NCBI GenBank assembly: GCA_020137815.1
Contig: CM035362.1
Span: 1,550,001 to 1,614,000, forward strand
Source: Hormiphora californensis
Taxonomy: Eukaryota; Animalia; Ctenophora
Reading direction: 5' to 3'
DNA: 64,000 nucleotides
Shown: positions 46,663 through 59,400 of the stretch, piece after piece
Layout: each line of letters opens with the position of its first letter
Numbering within the stretch: position 1 is the first letter of the stretch
Made by a program: the position numbers and the translations under genes
Notes under the pieces: generated by a model
What the model saw: the letters and a program-made list of their open reading frames with translations, nothing else
Told to the model about the DNA's origin: nothing
Databases searched by the model: none

Positions 46663-49600
46663 CTACTTTTTCTTTGGAGTGCTAAGTTTATCAATTCGAC
46701 TGCTAACGTTTGCACAGTTATCGTTGATCTGCTTCAAGTTAGCTGCGATGTGATCCTCGACCTGGAACGAAAACACAATTTAGGGGGTAATACTAATAGT
46801 AATACAGAGAGAAGGTCGAACGAGACGAAGGCCAGCATTTGTTTTGTTTGGCGCGGAGAGGGAGGGTCGAACAAGGCAAGCCAGTATAATATCAGGAGGA
46901 CAGTACTGTATACGTATAACCGTTCTATCCATTATTCGAGTCCGATCTAATAACTAATATTACCTTTTTCAAGAGGGCAGCCTGATTAGCCAGGTTCTTG
47001 GTGACACTTCCCTGTGTAGATTCCAGAGCACTCAGGTTAGTTGAAAACTGGGCAGCTGGAGTGGGAGAGATGGAGTTAGTTGAAATAGGGAATATAAGTG
47101 TTCTTTCTCCTAGTTAAAGTAACAATCTCTCCCTTACTCACCGTGTTCGTGGATGGCTCGGAGAGTGGTCAGTTTGTTAACCATATCAGGGAGGGTAGTT
47201 AGGACAGGTTCAATCTTCCGAACCAGATCAAACACCTCCGTCACCTAAAGAGAGATTTTGGGAGTATGTATTGGGTCATTAGGTCTTGTGCAGTAGCTCG
47301 CACTGCATTGTGTTTTGTGAAGGTTCAGCAAATTGGACAAATTGGGTAAATTGGAAACTTTTGGATAATGGTCCTCTTGAAGGAGTTTAGGCTAAAATCT
47401 ACCTTATTGTTAGTTTCTGGGATTTCCTTTGCCTTTGATTTTAGCAGATCCATCTTGTGCAATACAGCCTAGGGGAGAGAAATCAATTTAATCCCAACAT
47501 CATGAATAAAGATGAGATTGAAATCTATCCGAACTCGGGTGTCGTGAAGGTGTTTCAACATGTCTGTAGAGGTTGGGGCTCGAGGCCAGGTAGTGGATTG
47601 ATTGAAATAGTTTTATCTTCCAAACTAACTTTTCAGTTACCTGTAGCCTAGTTTCAATATGGGCATAATCATTAGGCTCAATTAGGGACAACTTTGTCTG
47701 CAATGCAGCAACGGCACCAAGAACAGACTTGTCAGTAGAGTCCGCACTGATTGTACTCTGGGGAGAAATTTGTGACGTTATACTCACCGATCAATAGGAT
47801 TAGGAGGTAAAGAAAGGTCTCTTTACGTTATTATTTTAAGGAATGAGAATGATATACGAAATAATTTTGGCCGGTAGTGGAGCGGTACATACCAGTAGTT
47901 TGAGATCCTTGCCCAATTTCCCCTCCAGATCAGAGATCCGTTTCTCGATTGTAGCTAGTCGGGAGGCCTCTGCAAACTTGGCATGGTCTCCCCGGTAGTG
48001 TACCTCATAGGTAACCGCACCAGCCGTTCCTATTACAGGGATACACATGTGTGAGGGACGAGGGTTATGAGACGAGAGAGAGAGGTTTCAGGTTAGGTTA
48101 GAGAAATTCCTGACAGGGAGGCAGTACAAGTGATTTAGGATAGAGACAGGCGAGGGAATTAGAATAGGAATGTGAGGGAAAAGAATGAGAACCTAGCACG
48201 TCTCACAGCTCAAAATAATACTTGACTACACATATTACCTGGATCTTTAGCAGATTTTTCTTTGAATGCCGAGATCTGGGATTCCAGTTGTCTGGTTATG
48301 GCTGCATGTCCAGGTTCCTTCATCTTGAGGGCACCCATCTTCAATTCCACCTTCATCTCGGAGAGGTTATCTGACAACTTTCGGACCTGGAAACAAGGGA
48401 GAGAGATGTTGTGACGACTTCCCACTTTGACCCACCTAATCTCTAAGAAACTTTGCCACTTTGACTCATCTTATCTCTAAGAAACTTTCCCACTTTGACC
48501 CACCTAATCTCTAATATATAAGAAACTCTCCCACTTTGACCCAACTTATCTCTAAGAAACTTTCCCACTTTGACCCAACTTATCTCTAAGAAACTTTCCC
48601 ACTTTGACCCAACTTATCTCTAAGAAACTTTCCCACTTTGACCCAACTTATCTCAAAGAAACTTTCCCACTTTGCCCCAACTTATCTCTAAGAAACTCTC
48701 CCACTTTGACCCAACCCGGACTATCAATTGAACTTTCACCGCTTCACTCTTGATCGTTGGTGTGGGAGTGTACACGGGGAACCGTGTGCAGAAAGTATAG
48801 CGCGTGTCAGCACAAATATTCCAAATATGTGGGATGGTAACCTGATACTATTAACTATATGTGGGATGGTAACCGGATACTATCACTGCCTGGTGATCAC
48901 TATTAGCCCTCTACAGGATTCTAAATGAGGGAGTCACACTGCTTAGTGATTCCCATCAGCAACCCACAGGATTCTAAATGAGGGAGTCACACTGCTTAGT
49001 GATTCCCATCAGCAACCCACAGGATTCTAAATGAGGGAGTCACACTGCTTAGTGATTCCCATCAGCAACCCACAGGATTCTCATTCAAACCTACTTAAGC
49101 GAAGGATTTTTCCAGTGAGGCAGTTCCATCACGACGAGTTGGAGAGAGGAGTTCCAGTAAATACAGTTCCAGACTCTCTCTTTACGATCCTGATCCCGAT
49201 GCTGTTCTACCCGGAAACTCTCTACAGGGAACCTATGCCCGAATAACTTCTGCCCGGATAATCTATCCCTGGAACCTCGGCCTGAACTATGCCAGACCCT
49301 GATACTACTGTTATGCTGCGGTGCTGCTGCGACCCTATGTGAGTGGAGGCCGAGGACTACCCGGATGAGGAAGTGGATTACTGAGGACGACAACCGTAAG
49401 AGGAACGACAACTGTGAGTGTTTTGGCCCATCATTGTGATGTATTACTTATTCCATTTCTTGCCAATAGTCATATCAGGAAGCGACCGAATATTCGGTTC
49501 GGTTCGGTTCGGTTCGGAAATTCGGTGTTTTTTGGGCGGTTCGGTTCGGTTCAGTTCGGTAGGAAATTTTGGCCGAACCACCGAATTTTTTGGTCAAAAA

Positions 49601-52600
49601 ATGCCCAGAAATCGGGCTTTTTAATGCAAAATTTTTCAATTATTTCACGAAAATTGTATGGATTTCAATGTCAATTTCGCCGTATTAACCCTATTTCGAA
49701 TCGGTGGTGCTATGTGGAAATGATTTCGCTAGTTAGCGGGTTCGATATGGATTGATTTGATACCTGACTTCCCGTCGAATCGTGTCCTCATGAGAGGGTC
49801 AACAAATTCAGAAACTTTTTTTTTCAAAAAATTCATGGAGAGCACCGATCAAGGTGTTAAGAATCATTCTCTGAAATTTTGTAAAAAAGTTTGGAAAATA
49901 TTTCTAAGTCAATTTTATGGAAAATTTTCTATGTCAATTTTTGCGTACGAATCGTGTTTCGAATCGGTATTGCTAAGCGGGAGTGATCTTGCTAATTGGT
50001 GGGTCCGAGATGGATTATGCTGATACGTGATCCCCCATCAAATCTAATTAGGAAGTTTAGGGGAAACGATTCATGTTTCAATAAATCCTGCTAATTAGCG
50101 AGAGCACTGCCGCATAGCATCACCGATTCGCATCACGATTCGTACGGCAAAATTGACATAGAATTTTTTTCCGAAATTGACAAATTTTACAAAGTTTTTT
50201 CACAAAATTAAATGTTTCTCTAAAAATTCATGGAGAGCATCGATCAAGGTATTGAGAATCATTACCTGAAATTTTGTGAAATTTTTTTTTGTGAAAAATA
50301 TTTTAAGTAAAGTATGGTGTACGAATCGTGTTTCTAATCGACAATGCTAAACGGGAGTGATGTTGGTAATTAGTGGGTCCGAGATGGATTGTGCTGATAC
50401 GTGATCCCCCATCAAATCTAATTAGGAAATTTAGAGAGACACGATTCATGGTTCGTTTAATCCTGCTAATTAGCAATACCATTCCCGTATAACATTGCCG
50501 ATTCGAAACACGATTCGTACGCAAAAATTGACATAGAAAATTTACGATAAAATTGACTTTGAAAAATTTTTTCGCAAAATTGACTTTGAAATTTTTTCAA
50601 ACATTTTTTAACAAAATTTCAGAGAATGATTCTCAATACATACCTTGATCGGTGCTCTCCATGACTGAGAAACATTTATATAGAAAAAGTTTAGTATGGT
50701 TCGGTTCGGTTCGGTTACCGAAATTCGGTTCGGTTCGGTTCGGTTCGGTTCGGTAAAAAAGTTTTTCAAATTCAGTTCGGTTCGGTTCGGTGGAAAAAAA
50801 CCCGGTTCGGTCGTTTCCTGAGTCATATCACGTGTTTACTTTGTTACCCTGGTTAGTGCATTATTCTGAGCTATTATCTAGTGGTACGACGTTGGGAGTA
50901 TGCTATTAGGAGTATACAACACCGCCAAAGTCTTACAACTCTGACCCAACTTATCTCTAAGAAACTTTCGCACTTTGACCCAACTTATCTCTAAGAAACT
51001 TTCCCACTCTGACCCAATTTATCTCTAAGAAACTTTCCCACTTTGACCCAACTTATCTCTAAGAAACTTTCCCACTTTGACCCAACTTATCTCTAAGAAA
51101 CTTTCCCACTTTGACCCAACTTATCTCTAAGAAACTTTCCCACTTTGACCCAATTTATCTCTAAGAAACTTTCCCACTTTGACCCAACTTATCTCTGAGA
51201 AACTTTCCCACTTTGACCCAACTTATCTCTAAGAAACTTTCCCACTTTGACCCAACTTATCTCTAAGAAACTTTCCCACTTTGACCCAACTTATCTCTAA
51301 GAAACTTTCCCACTTTGACCCAATTTATCTCTAAGAAACTTTCCCACTTTGACCCAACTTATCTCTGAGAAACTTTCCCACTTTGACCCAACTTATCTCT
51401 AAGAAACTTTCCCACTTTGACCCAACTTATCTCTGAGAAACTTTCCCACTTTGACCCAACTTATCTCTAAGAAACTTTCCCACTTTGATCCAACTTATCT
51501 CTAAGAAACTTTCCCACTTTGACCCAACTTATCTCTAAGAAACTTTCCTACTTTGACTCAACTTATCTCTAAGAAACTTTCCCACTTTGACCCAACTTAT
51601 CTCTAAGAAACTTTCCCAGTTTGACCCAACTTATCTCTAAGAAACTTTCCCAGTTTGACCCAACTTATCTCTAAGAAACTTTCCCACTTTGACCCAACTT
51701 ATCTCTAAGAAACTTTCCCACTTTGACCCAACTTATCTCTAAGAAACTTTCCCACTTTGACCCAACTTATCTCTAAGAAACTTTCCCACTTTGACCCAAC
51801 TTATCTCTAAGAAATTTTCCCACTTTGACCCAACTTATCTCTAAGAAACTTTCCCACTTTGACCCAACTTATCTCTAAGAAACTTTCCCACTTTGACCCA
51901 ACTTATCTCTAAGAAACTTTCCAACTTTGACCCAACTTATCTCTAAGAAACTTTCCCACTTTGACTTAACTTATCTCTGAGAAACTCTCCCACTTTGACC
52001 CAACTTATCTCTAAGAAACTTTCCAACTTTGACCCAACTTATCTCTAAGAAACTTTCTCACTTCGACCCAACTTAATAACTTATCTCTAAGAAACTTTTT
52101 CACTTTGACCCAACTTATCTCTAAGAAACTTTCCCACTTTGACCCAACTTATCTCTAAGAAACTTTTTCACTTTGACCCAACTTATCTCTAAGAAACTTT
52201 CCCACTTTGACCCAACTTATCTCTAAGAAACTTTCCCACTTTGACCCAACTTATCTCTAAGAAACTTTCCCACTCTGATCCAACTTATCTCTAAGAAACT
52301 TTCCCACTTTGCCCAACTTATCTCTAAGAAACTCTCCCACTTTGACCCAACTTATCTCTAAGAAACTTTCCCAATCTGACCCAACTTATCTCCAAAAAAC
52401 TTTCCCACTTTGACCCAACTTATCTCTAAGAAACTCTCCGACTTTGACCCAACTTAACTCTAAGAAACTTTCCCACTTTGACCCAACTTATCTCTACGAA
52501 ACTTTCCCGCTTTGACCCAACTTATCTCTAAGAAACTTTCCCACTTTGACCCGACTTATCTCTAAGAAACTTTCCCACTTTGACCCAACTTATCTCTAAG

Positions 52601-54542
52601 AAACTTTCCCACTTTGACCCAACTTATCTCTAAGAAACTTTCCCACTCTGACCCAACTTATCTCTAAGAAACTTTCCCACTTTGACCCAACTTATCTCTA
52701 AGAAAATTTCCCACTCTGACCCAACTTATCTCTAAGAAACTTTCGCACTTTGACCCAACTTATCTCTAAGAAACTTTCCCACTCTGACCCAATTTATCTC
52801 TAAGAAACTTTCCCACTTTGACCCAACTTATCTCTAAGAAACTTTCCCACTTTGACCCAACTTATCTCTAAGAAACTTTCCCACTTTGACCCAACTTATC
52901 TCTAAGAAACTTTCCCACTTTGACCCAATTTATCTCTAAGAAACTTTCCCACTTTGACCCAACTTATCTCTGAGAAACTTTCCCACTTTGACCCAACTTA
53001 TCTCTAAGAAACTTTCCCACTTTGACCCAACTTATCTCTGAGAAACTTTCCCACTTTGACCCAACTTATCTCTAAGAAACTTTCCCACTTTGATCCAACT
53101 TATCTCTAAGAAACTTTCCCACTTTGACCCAACTTATCTCTAAGAAACTTTCCTACTTTGACTCAACTTATCTCTAAGAAACTTTCCCACTTTGACCCAA
53201 CTTATCTCTAAGAAACTTTCCCAGTTTGACCCAACTTATCTCTAAGAAACTTTCCCAGTTTGACCCAACTTATCTCTAAGAAACTTTCCCACTTTGACCC
53301 AACTTATCTCTAAGAAACTTTCCCACTTTGACCCAACTTATCTCTAAGAAACTTTCCCACTTTGACCCAACTTATCTCTAAGAAACTTTCCCACTTTGAC
53401 CCAACTTATCTCTAAGAAATTTTCCCACTTTGACCCAACTTATCTCTAAGAAACTTTCCCACTTTGACCCAACTTATCTCTAAGAAACTTTCCCACTTTG
53501 ACCCAACTTATCTCTAAGAAACTTTCCAACTTTGACCCAACTTATCTCTAAGAAACTTTCCCACTTTGACTTAACTTATCTCTGAGAAACTCTCCCACTT
53601 TGACCCAACTTATCTCTAAGAAACTTTCCCACTTTGACCCACCTAATCTCTAAGAAACTTTTCCACTTTGTCCGACCTAATCTCTAAGAAACATTCCCAT
53701 TTTGACCCTCCAAATCTCTAAGAAACTTTCCTACTTTGACTCAACTTATCTCTAAGAAACTTTCCCACTTTGACCCAACTTATCTCTAAGAAACTTTCCC
53801 AGTTTGACCCAACTTATCTCTAAGAAACTTTCCCAGTTTGACCCAACTTATCTCTAAGAAACTTTCCCACTTTGACCCAACTTATCTCTAAGAAACTTTC
53901 CCACTTTGACCCAACTTATCTCTAAGAAACTTTCCCACTTTGACCCAACTTATCTCTAAGAAACTTTCCCACTTTGACCCAACTTATCTCTAAGAAATTT
54001 TCCCACTTTGACCCAACTTATCTCTAAGAAACTTTCCCACTTTGACCCAACTTATCTCTAAGAAACTTTCCCACTTTGACCCAACTTATCTCTAAGAAAC
54101 TTTCCAACTTTGACCCAACTTATCTGATATCTCTAAGAAACTTTCCCACTTTGACTTAACTTATCTCTGAGAAACTCTCCCACTTTGACCCAACTTATCT
54201 CTAAGAAACTTTCCAACTTTGACCCAACTTATCTCTAAGAAACTTTCCCACTTTGACCCACCTAATCTCTAAGAAACTTTTCCACTTTGTCCGACCTAAT
54301 CTCTAAGAAACATTCCCATTTTGACCCTCCAAATCTCTAAGAAACTTCCCAGCTCTAAACAGAGTGTGAGGTATCTTCGATACCAAGATTCAGATCGGGT
54401 CGGCGGCGCCAGACAGCTGTAACTAATATTACAAACCTCAGCGGCCAGTTTCACGTTAGCAGCATCTTTCTCATCAACTGTCTTGTTCATTTTATCCAGG
54501 TCCTCTGCAAACTCTGCCACCTCCAACTTTAGCCTCTGGTAC
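46663..54542 (-). CDS. DCTN2: Dynactin subunit 2 (p50/dynamitin), 3' eight exons: 54542-54437, 48386-48239, 48029-47893, 47757-47641, 47468-47403, 47244-47142, 47055-46964, 46761-46663; 5' exons not found in the window
   Basis: YQRLKLEVAEFAEDL, VTYEVHYR..RLATIEKRISDLE, LQTKLSLIEP..IETRLQAVLHKMD, LPDMVNKLTTLRAIHEHAAQFSTNLSALESTQ, NLKQINDNCANVSSRIDKL follow the dynamitin pattern; all phases are compatible. Confidence 0.88.
48418..48716. repeat. 34-bp satellite, left segment
   Basis: gacccaacttatctctaagaaactttcccacttt, ~9 copies. Confidence 0.95.
48717..50938. mobile_element. Unclassified insertion splitting the 34-bp satellite; contains a ~53-bp tandem repeat x3 (48914-49082) and a nested hAT element
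   Basis: Unique sequence interrupting an otherwise continuous array; ends in ...tcttaca. Confidence 0.55.
49476..50820. mobile_element. Non-autonomous hAT-type element with (TTCGG)n subterminal repeats
   Basis: TIR caggaagcgaccgaa / ttcggtcgtttcctg, 8-bp TSD agtcatat on both sides, and internal direct and inverted repeats. Confidence 0.92.
50939..54352. repeat. 34-bp satellite, ~100 copies, in a DCTN2 intron
   Basis: Same unit as 48418-48716, highly homogeneous. Confidence 0.98.
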
Positions 54543-55362
54543 CTGGGTTAGAATAGAATTGTAGTAGTTTAAACCCGACATATACCTCTTTTCCTTGTTC
54601 GACCCTCTCTCCACACCCCACGAATTAAATTAATGTGAACCAATGTAAAGAAGGAATCTAGCGAGAAATTCCCTGGTAATTGCTCCTTGCAAGATTGGCT
54701 ATTTCCGGGATATATACTACAGTGCAAGTGAACCATTTCAGTTTTCACAAAGTTCATTATCATTGATTATAATAAAGCTGGTGATATTACAGATCTGAAT
54801 ACAACCTAAAGGGTTCAAGAAGCTGTTCATTGGTCTATCATTTTCTATCCCTCTACTTTCTTGATTCTTCATAGAACATACTGATACTCCTCTCATCATC
54901 ATTCTATCTTTCTTTCTCTATAACGTTACTTTTCTTAATACGCAATTACGGCGCTAGTTTTCTGTGATACACTCCCCACTAAATCACAACTCACTCCATT
55001 TCTATCTTCTCTCTTTCTTTCTCTTTCTCTTTCTCTCTATCTCTATCTCTCTCTCTTCCTCTCTCTATCTATCTATCTATCTATCCCTCTTTCTCTATCT
55101 ATCTATCTATCTTTCTCAATTTTCCACTTTTTTCTCTCTTTTAGCTCCATTTATCATCCTTGTGGTTGGTAATGCGTGACAGCAAAATCTTCCTCTCTGT
55201 CGCTCCTTTTATCTATCGTTCTGATTTCTTTCTAATAGTTGCAGTGACTTCTTATAGCTATCTCTCTGTTCAGTTCAATGTACCGATGTGTTTCTAATAT
55301 TAATAATCACTTCATATCATACGACCACAACCAGTATATTGGATAATTTCTCTGACCTAGAT

Positions 55363-56139
55363 ATGAACTTGTTTTTGCTTGTGATCACAACATGTCTGGG
55401 ATCTACCACCGTTCTCGGTGCTCTGGAGGAGAGATTTCTCCTGCACATCCCCAACATCCCAATCTACTCTAACGGCCTCAAGATGACGGTGGTGACAGAG
55501 AGTGAGCCTGATATGCTGGTTTTCTTTCACTTTCCTGAAAACACTGTGAGTGCGACAACATCTCGCAATGATCTTGATTGAGGCTAATTCAAACCTGTTA
55601 GAATATTGGCCTGACCCTATGGCATATTCTCATTTCGCGGATCGCACGAGAACCACGGTCAGAGCATTGGCTTGACAGATTCAAACAGAGGTCAGACCTG
55701 ATAACCTCATACTCCCACCATCCCCAGGAGAGAGTGCAGCAGAAGGTGGATGATAAGAGGACAGCCCCCACATACATGCCACTGTTTACACCAGGGAAAA
55801 AGGAGCCCACTGTTAACCCCCCTCGTATCACCCCAACCCCTGAACCACGGTGGCTTCAGGCTCGTTTTAGGTAAAAAAGGGCCTTAGCGTAGGTGAGATA
55901 AGTAACATGAGTCGAGGGATGTGATGGTACATGTGGGAGTTATCAATAGCCATGACTCCTGCAATTACTGATGCAGACGTATCTAGCAGTATGAAAATGC
56001 CTTTTTTGTTTTTAAATGTCGTAAACTCAGCTCATATTTTACAGTGTTGGATCAATGGGTAAAACGGTACGAGAAAAGATTAGAATAACACGAAGTTACT
56101 TTGATACCAGCTGTAGAGATTCAACAACAGGTGTGTAAA

Positions 56140-56195
<56 letters not shown>

Positions 56196-56215
56196 CTCTC
56201 TCAGTCTCTCTCTCT

Positions 56216-56285
<70 letters not shown>

Positions 56286-56324
56286 CTCTCTCTCAGTCTC
56301 TCTCTCTCAGTCTCTCTCTCTCAG

Positions 56325-56408
<84 letters not shown>

Positions 56409-59400
56409 TATCACAAATTACTCCGTCGCCTTGCAAAGAGGTACACAGCACAAATAACCGCGATTCCACCGGACATCCCCACCGCAAGAACTGGTATCAA
56501 AATCATTTTCATATAACCCTTGTCCAGTGTAAAGATAAGATATGTAAGAGCCGGAAATGCTATCAACATAAATACTGCTAAGTAGCACTTTCCCAAACCC
56601 TGAAATATGAGTTATAGGTCCAACATGTACGCTCGTGTGGGTGTCCACTTTGGCCGGTTTTCCAGGTCGAGGGCTGTGTATGCGAGTTGTAACTGGGGAT
56701 GCATCTCCCATCACACCTCGAGATGACACTGGAGATATCATGGGGAGAGAGTTTTTACCACCCAGTCCACCCTCCAACTCACTAATCAATACTTTTCTAA
56801 CTTTTACATTGGTAGCATCAAATTGAGAGCTCTCGTCTTCCGACTGGCTACACTGAAGTCGTTCTCGCCTTATACTTTGTCTTTGATCTAAAAGTGCGTT
56901 CTTTGAGTTACATTTTAGCTGATGTTCTCCCTGGTTACCATGGTTACCATTGTCAGGGGGTGGTGATTCACCGGATATTTTGTCCAGTTCCACATAATCA
57001 CCAGTCCCTGATATATTGTCCACATCATCCGGCTCAATAACAAGTTGAACTTCATTCCCACCAGCTTTATTTTCATATACTTTGTGATGTGACAATGGGT
57101 CATCACCACTATTCGAGTTCTTTCCATTTAGTTCTGTTTCGCAGTTAACACATTCCGATGAATCGGGGCTTGCTGACTGGCTTCTAGAGCGAATGTAATC
57201 GGTTAAATCCTTCCGAAACTTGGAAACCTCAGAACCAGATTTCAACACACTCGGACTGCTAGGAGATGGGATGTCCGGAGTTTTAGGGCTGCTAGGATTT
57301 GGAATATCCGGCGTTTTAGGATTGCTAGAATTAGGAATATCCGGAGTTTTCACCGAATTTTTACGAGCTGGAATATTAGGAGCGGGAGTCATATCGGTTG
57401 GTGTTGACGCTGCCCTATTCTTTATCACCGAACATGATTTTGGAGGTTTTGAGGGTGGCGGTGAAGATACGGAGCGAGGTTTAGTAGATGAGGTCTCAGT
57501 ACGAGGAGGATTTGAGGGATTCTCTGCAGCTTCTTCTGCCATAACAAACAACTGGGGGTAAAGGATTAGAGCTACAGATAATATGATGATAAATTATCAC
57601 GGATAATCTCTATATATCCAGTATTTGAAGCAGATGTCGATACATCGATTATATCGGATGGAGTGTAGTAAAGATGGCTGCTAAACTATCTTGCTGCGAA
57701 AAGGGGAGGGAGGGTCGAACAAAGCAAGAAAAGGGTGAAATATTGCGGAAAGAGAAATCGAAAAAAGTTTAGGGAACGGGGAACCAGGTGATAAATTATA
57801 GTGCTCAACAACATAAAAGCGGCACAAACTAAAGTGAAAAAGAGCTCAAAGAAGGAGAGAAATATAGTAGTGTACTGCAGCAGTCGGCTATAAAAACAAA
57901 GAGCTCTATTAGATGATAATAAAGGATTGAATGGAGTTTAACTAAGGTAGGGCTGTGTTTGGATAAAACCAAAGCTAATGATATTATATATGCTGAATTA
58001 AAAATAGTTGAAGAAATTTGAAGAAAGGCAATATAAAATTAGTGGTAGGCGTTGAGAGTGAGACCCCTCCTCTCTCTCTGATCTGTTCCCAACGACGTAA
58101 AATTAACACCTCCAGTGAGTCAGACGTGGACCATCTTTTGTACACAATTTTAATATTATTTAGTTTTCATATACAGTCGGACCCCGATTTACCGGGCCCC
58201 GATTTACCGGAACCCCGATTTACCGGGAGGATAAAATTTTCCCGATATAGGAAATAACCGGTATTTTACCCCGATATACCGGGCACCCCGATTTACCGGG
58301 CAAAACCCTTTCCCCCGAGCATCCCGGTAAATTGGGGTCCGACTGTATTTAGCAAATATGGAAGAGCTAAGATGAACAGAGACACCTGGTGGCTGGTACT
58401 GAGGAAAGTGTAAACTTTAGTGGGATATTTAGCTGCTGGAAGAAAAATTATAAGATCGTCTGATATTTTGGACAGGCCCATGTCCCATGTGGACGAATCA
58501 CGAAAGGATTGATAAAAATTGTCTAGGATCATTGGTTTAACCTATATAACATGTCCTTAGTAGAAAATACGATTTACATATTATATTCGGTTTTTTCCCC
58601 TCATGGTATAACGACAGAAAGTGTGTACAAAAGGGAAAATAAATTTCTTAAGGTATCAAGTTTCATGAATCATTCCTCTTTTCTTCACTCTACTAAGCAA
58701 AGCACGAAAATGATAGCATGGGGACGTCTAGCAAAAAAGAAAAAGCAAAGTACAAACTGCCTGTTGTGCAGTGAAAGCACCTATTAGGTCCTATTAGTTA
58801 TTATTATTTAGTGATAATTTCAGGACCGCCGTAGCCCAGACCCGTGAACACAACTAAACCCCAATTAAATTAGATAGGGTAAACCGGGGCAATTCGAACA
58901 ACCGGGGCAATTCGAACATAGTACTGCCCGTCTCTCACCTAGTTAAGCTATCATAATGACGTCATCCTATCTCCAGAAGAAAACTGCTCGTTCGAGCCTG
59001 CCCGTTACCACTAAATAGGCTCTAGATCCGGTTTAAGTTGGTCAATTTCCGATTTGAAAAAACCAGCTGAAAGCTAATAATATCAGCTTTCAGATGGTAT
59101 AAAAATTATTTAAATATTCGCATGTTTTCATTCCAAATTCTGGTAAGTTAAGATTACCGGGGCAATTCGAACAACCGGGGCAATTCAAACATGGGCAATT
59201 TGGTTAACACACCGGGGCAATTTGGTTAACTCCCGGGCCAATGATGTGCAGTTCTTTGTACCACGTGATCACGCGTGATACCGGGGCAATTCGAACAAGA
59301 ACGACCAGCGTGTAGATTGCGTGTAGATTACATTGTTCGAATTGCCCCCACCTCTAACAACACCAGGCGGGAATCTTCTTCTGGTGTTGTGAGGACGTTC

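Noticed and set aside
50939-54352. Regular 34-bp array as a possible CRISPR
   Set aside because: No unique spacers, head-to-tail units, eukaryotic intron, no cas genes.
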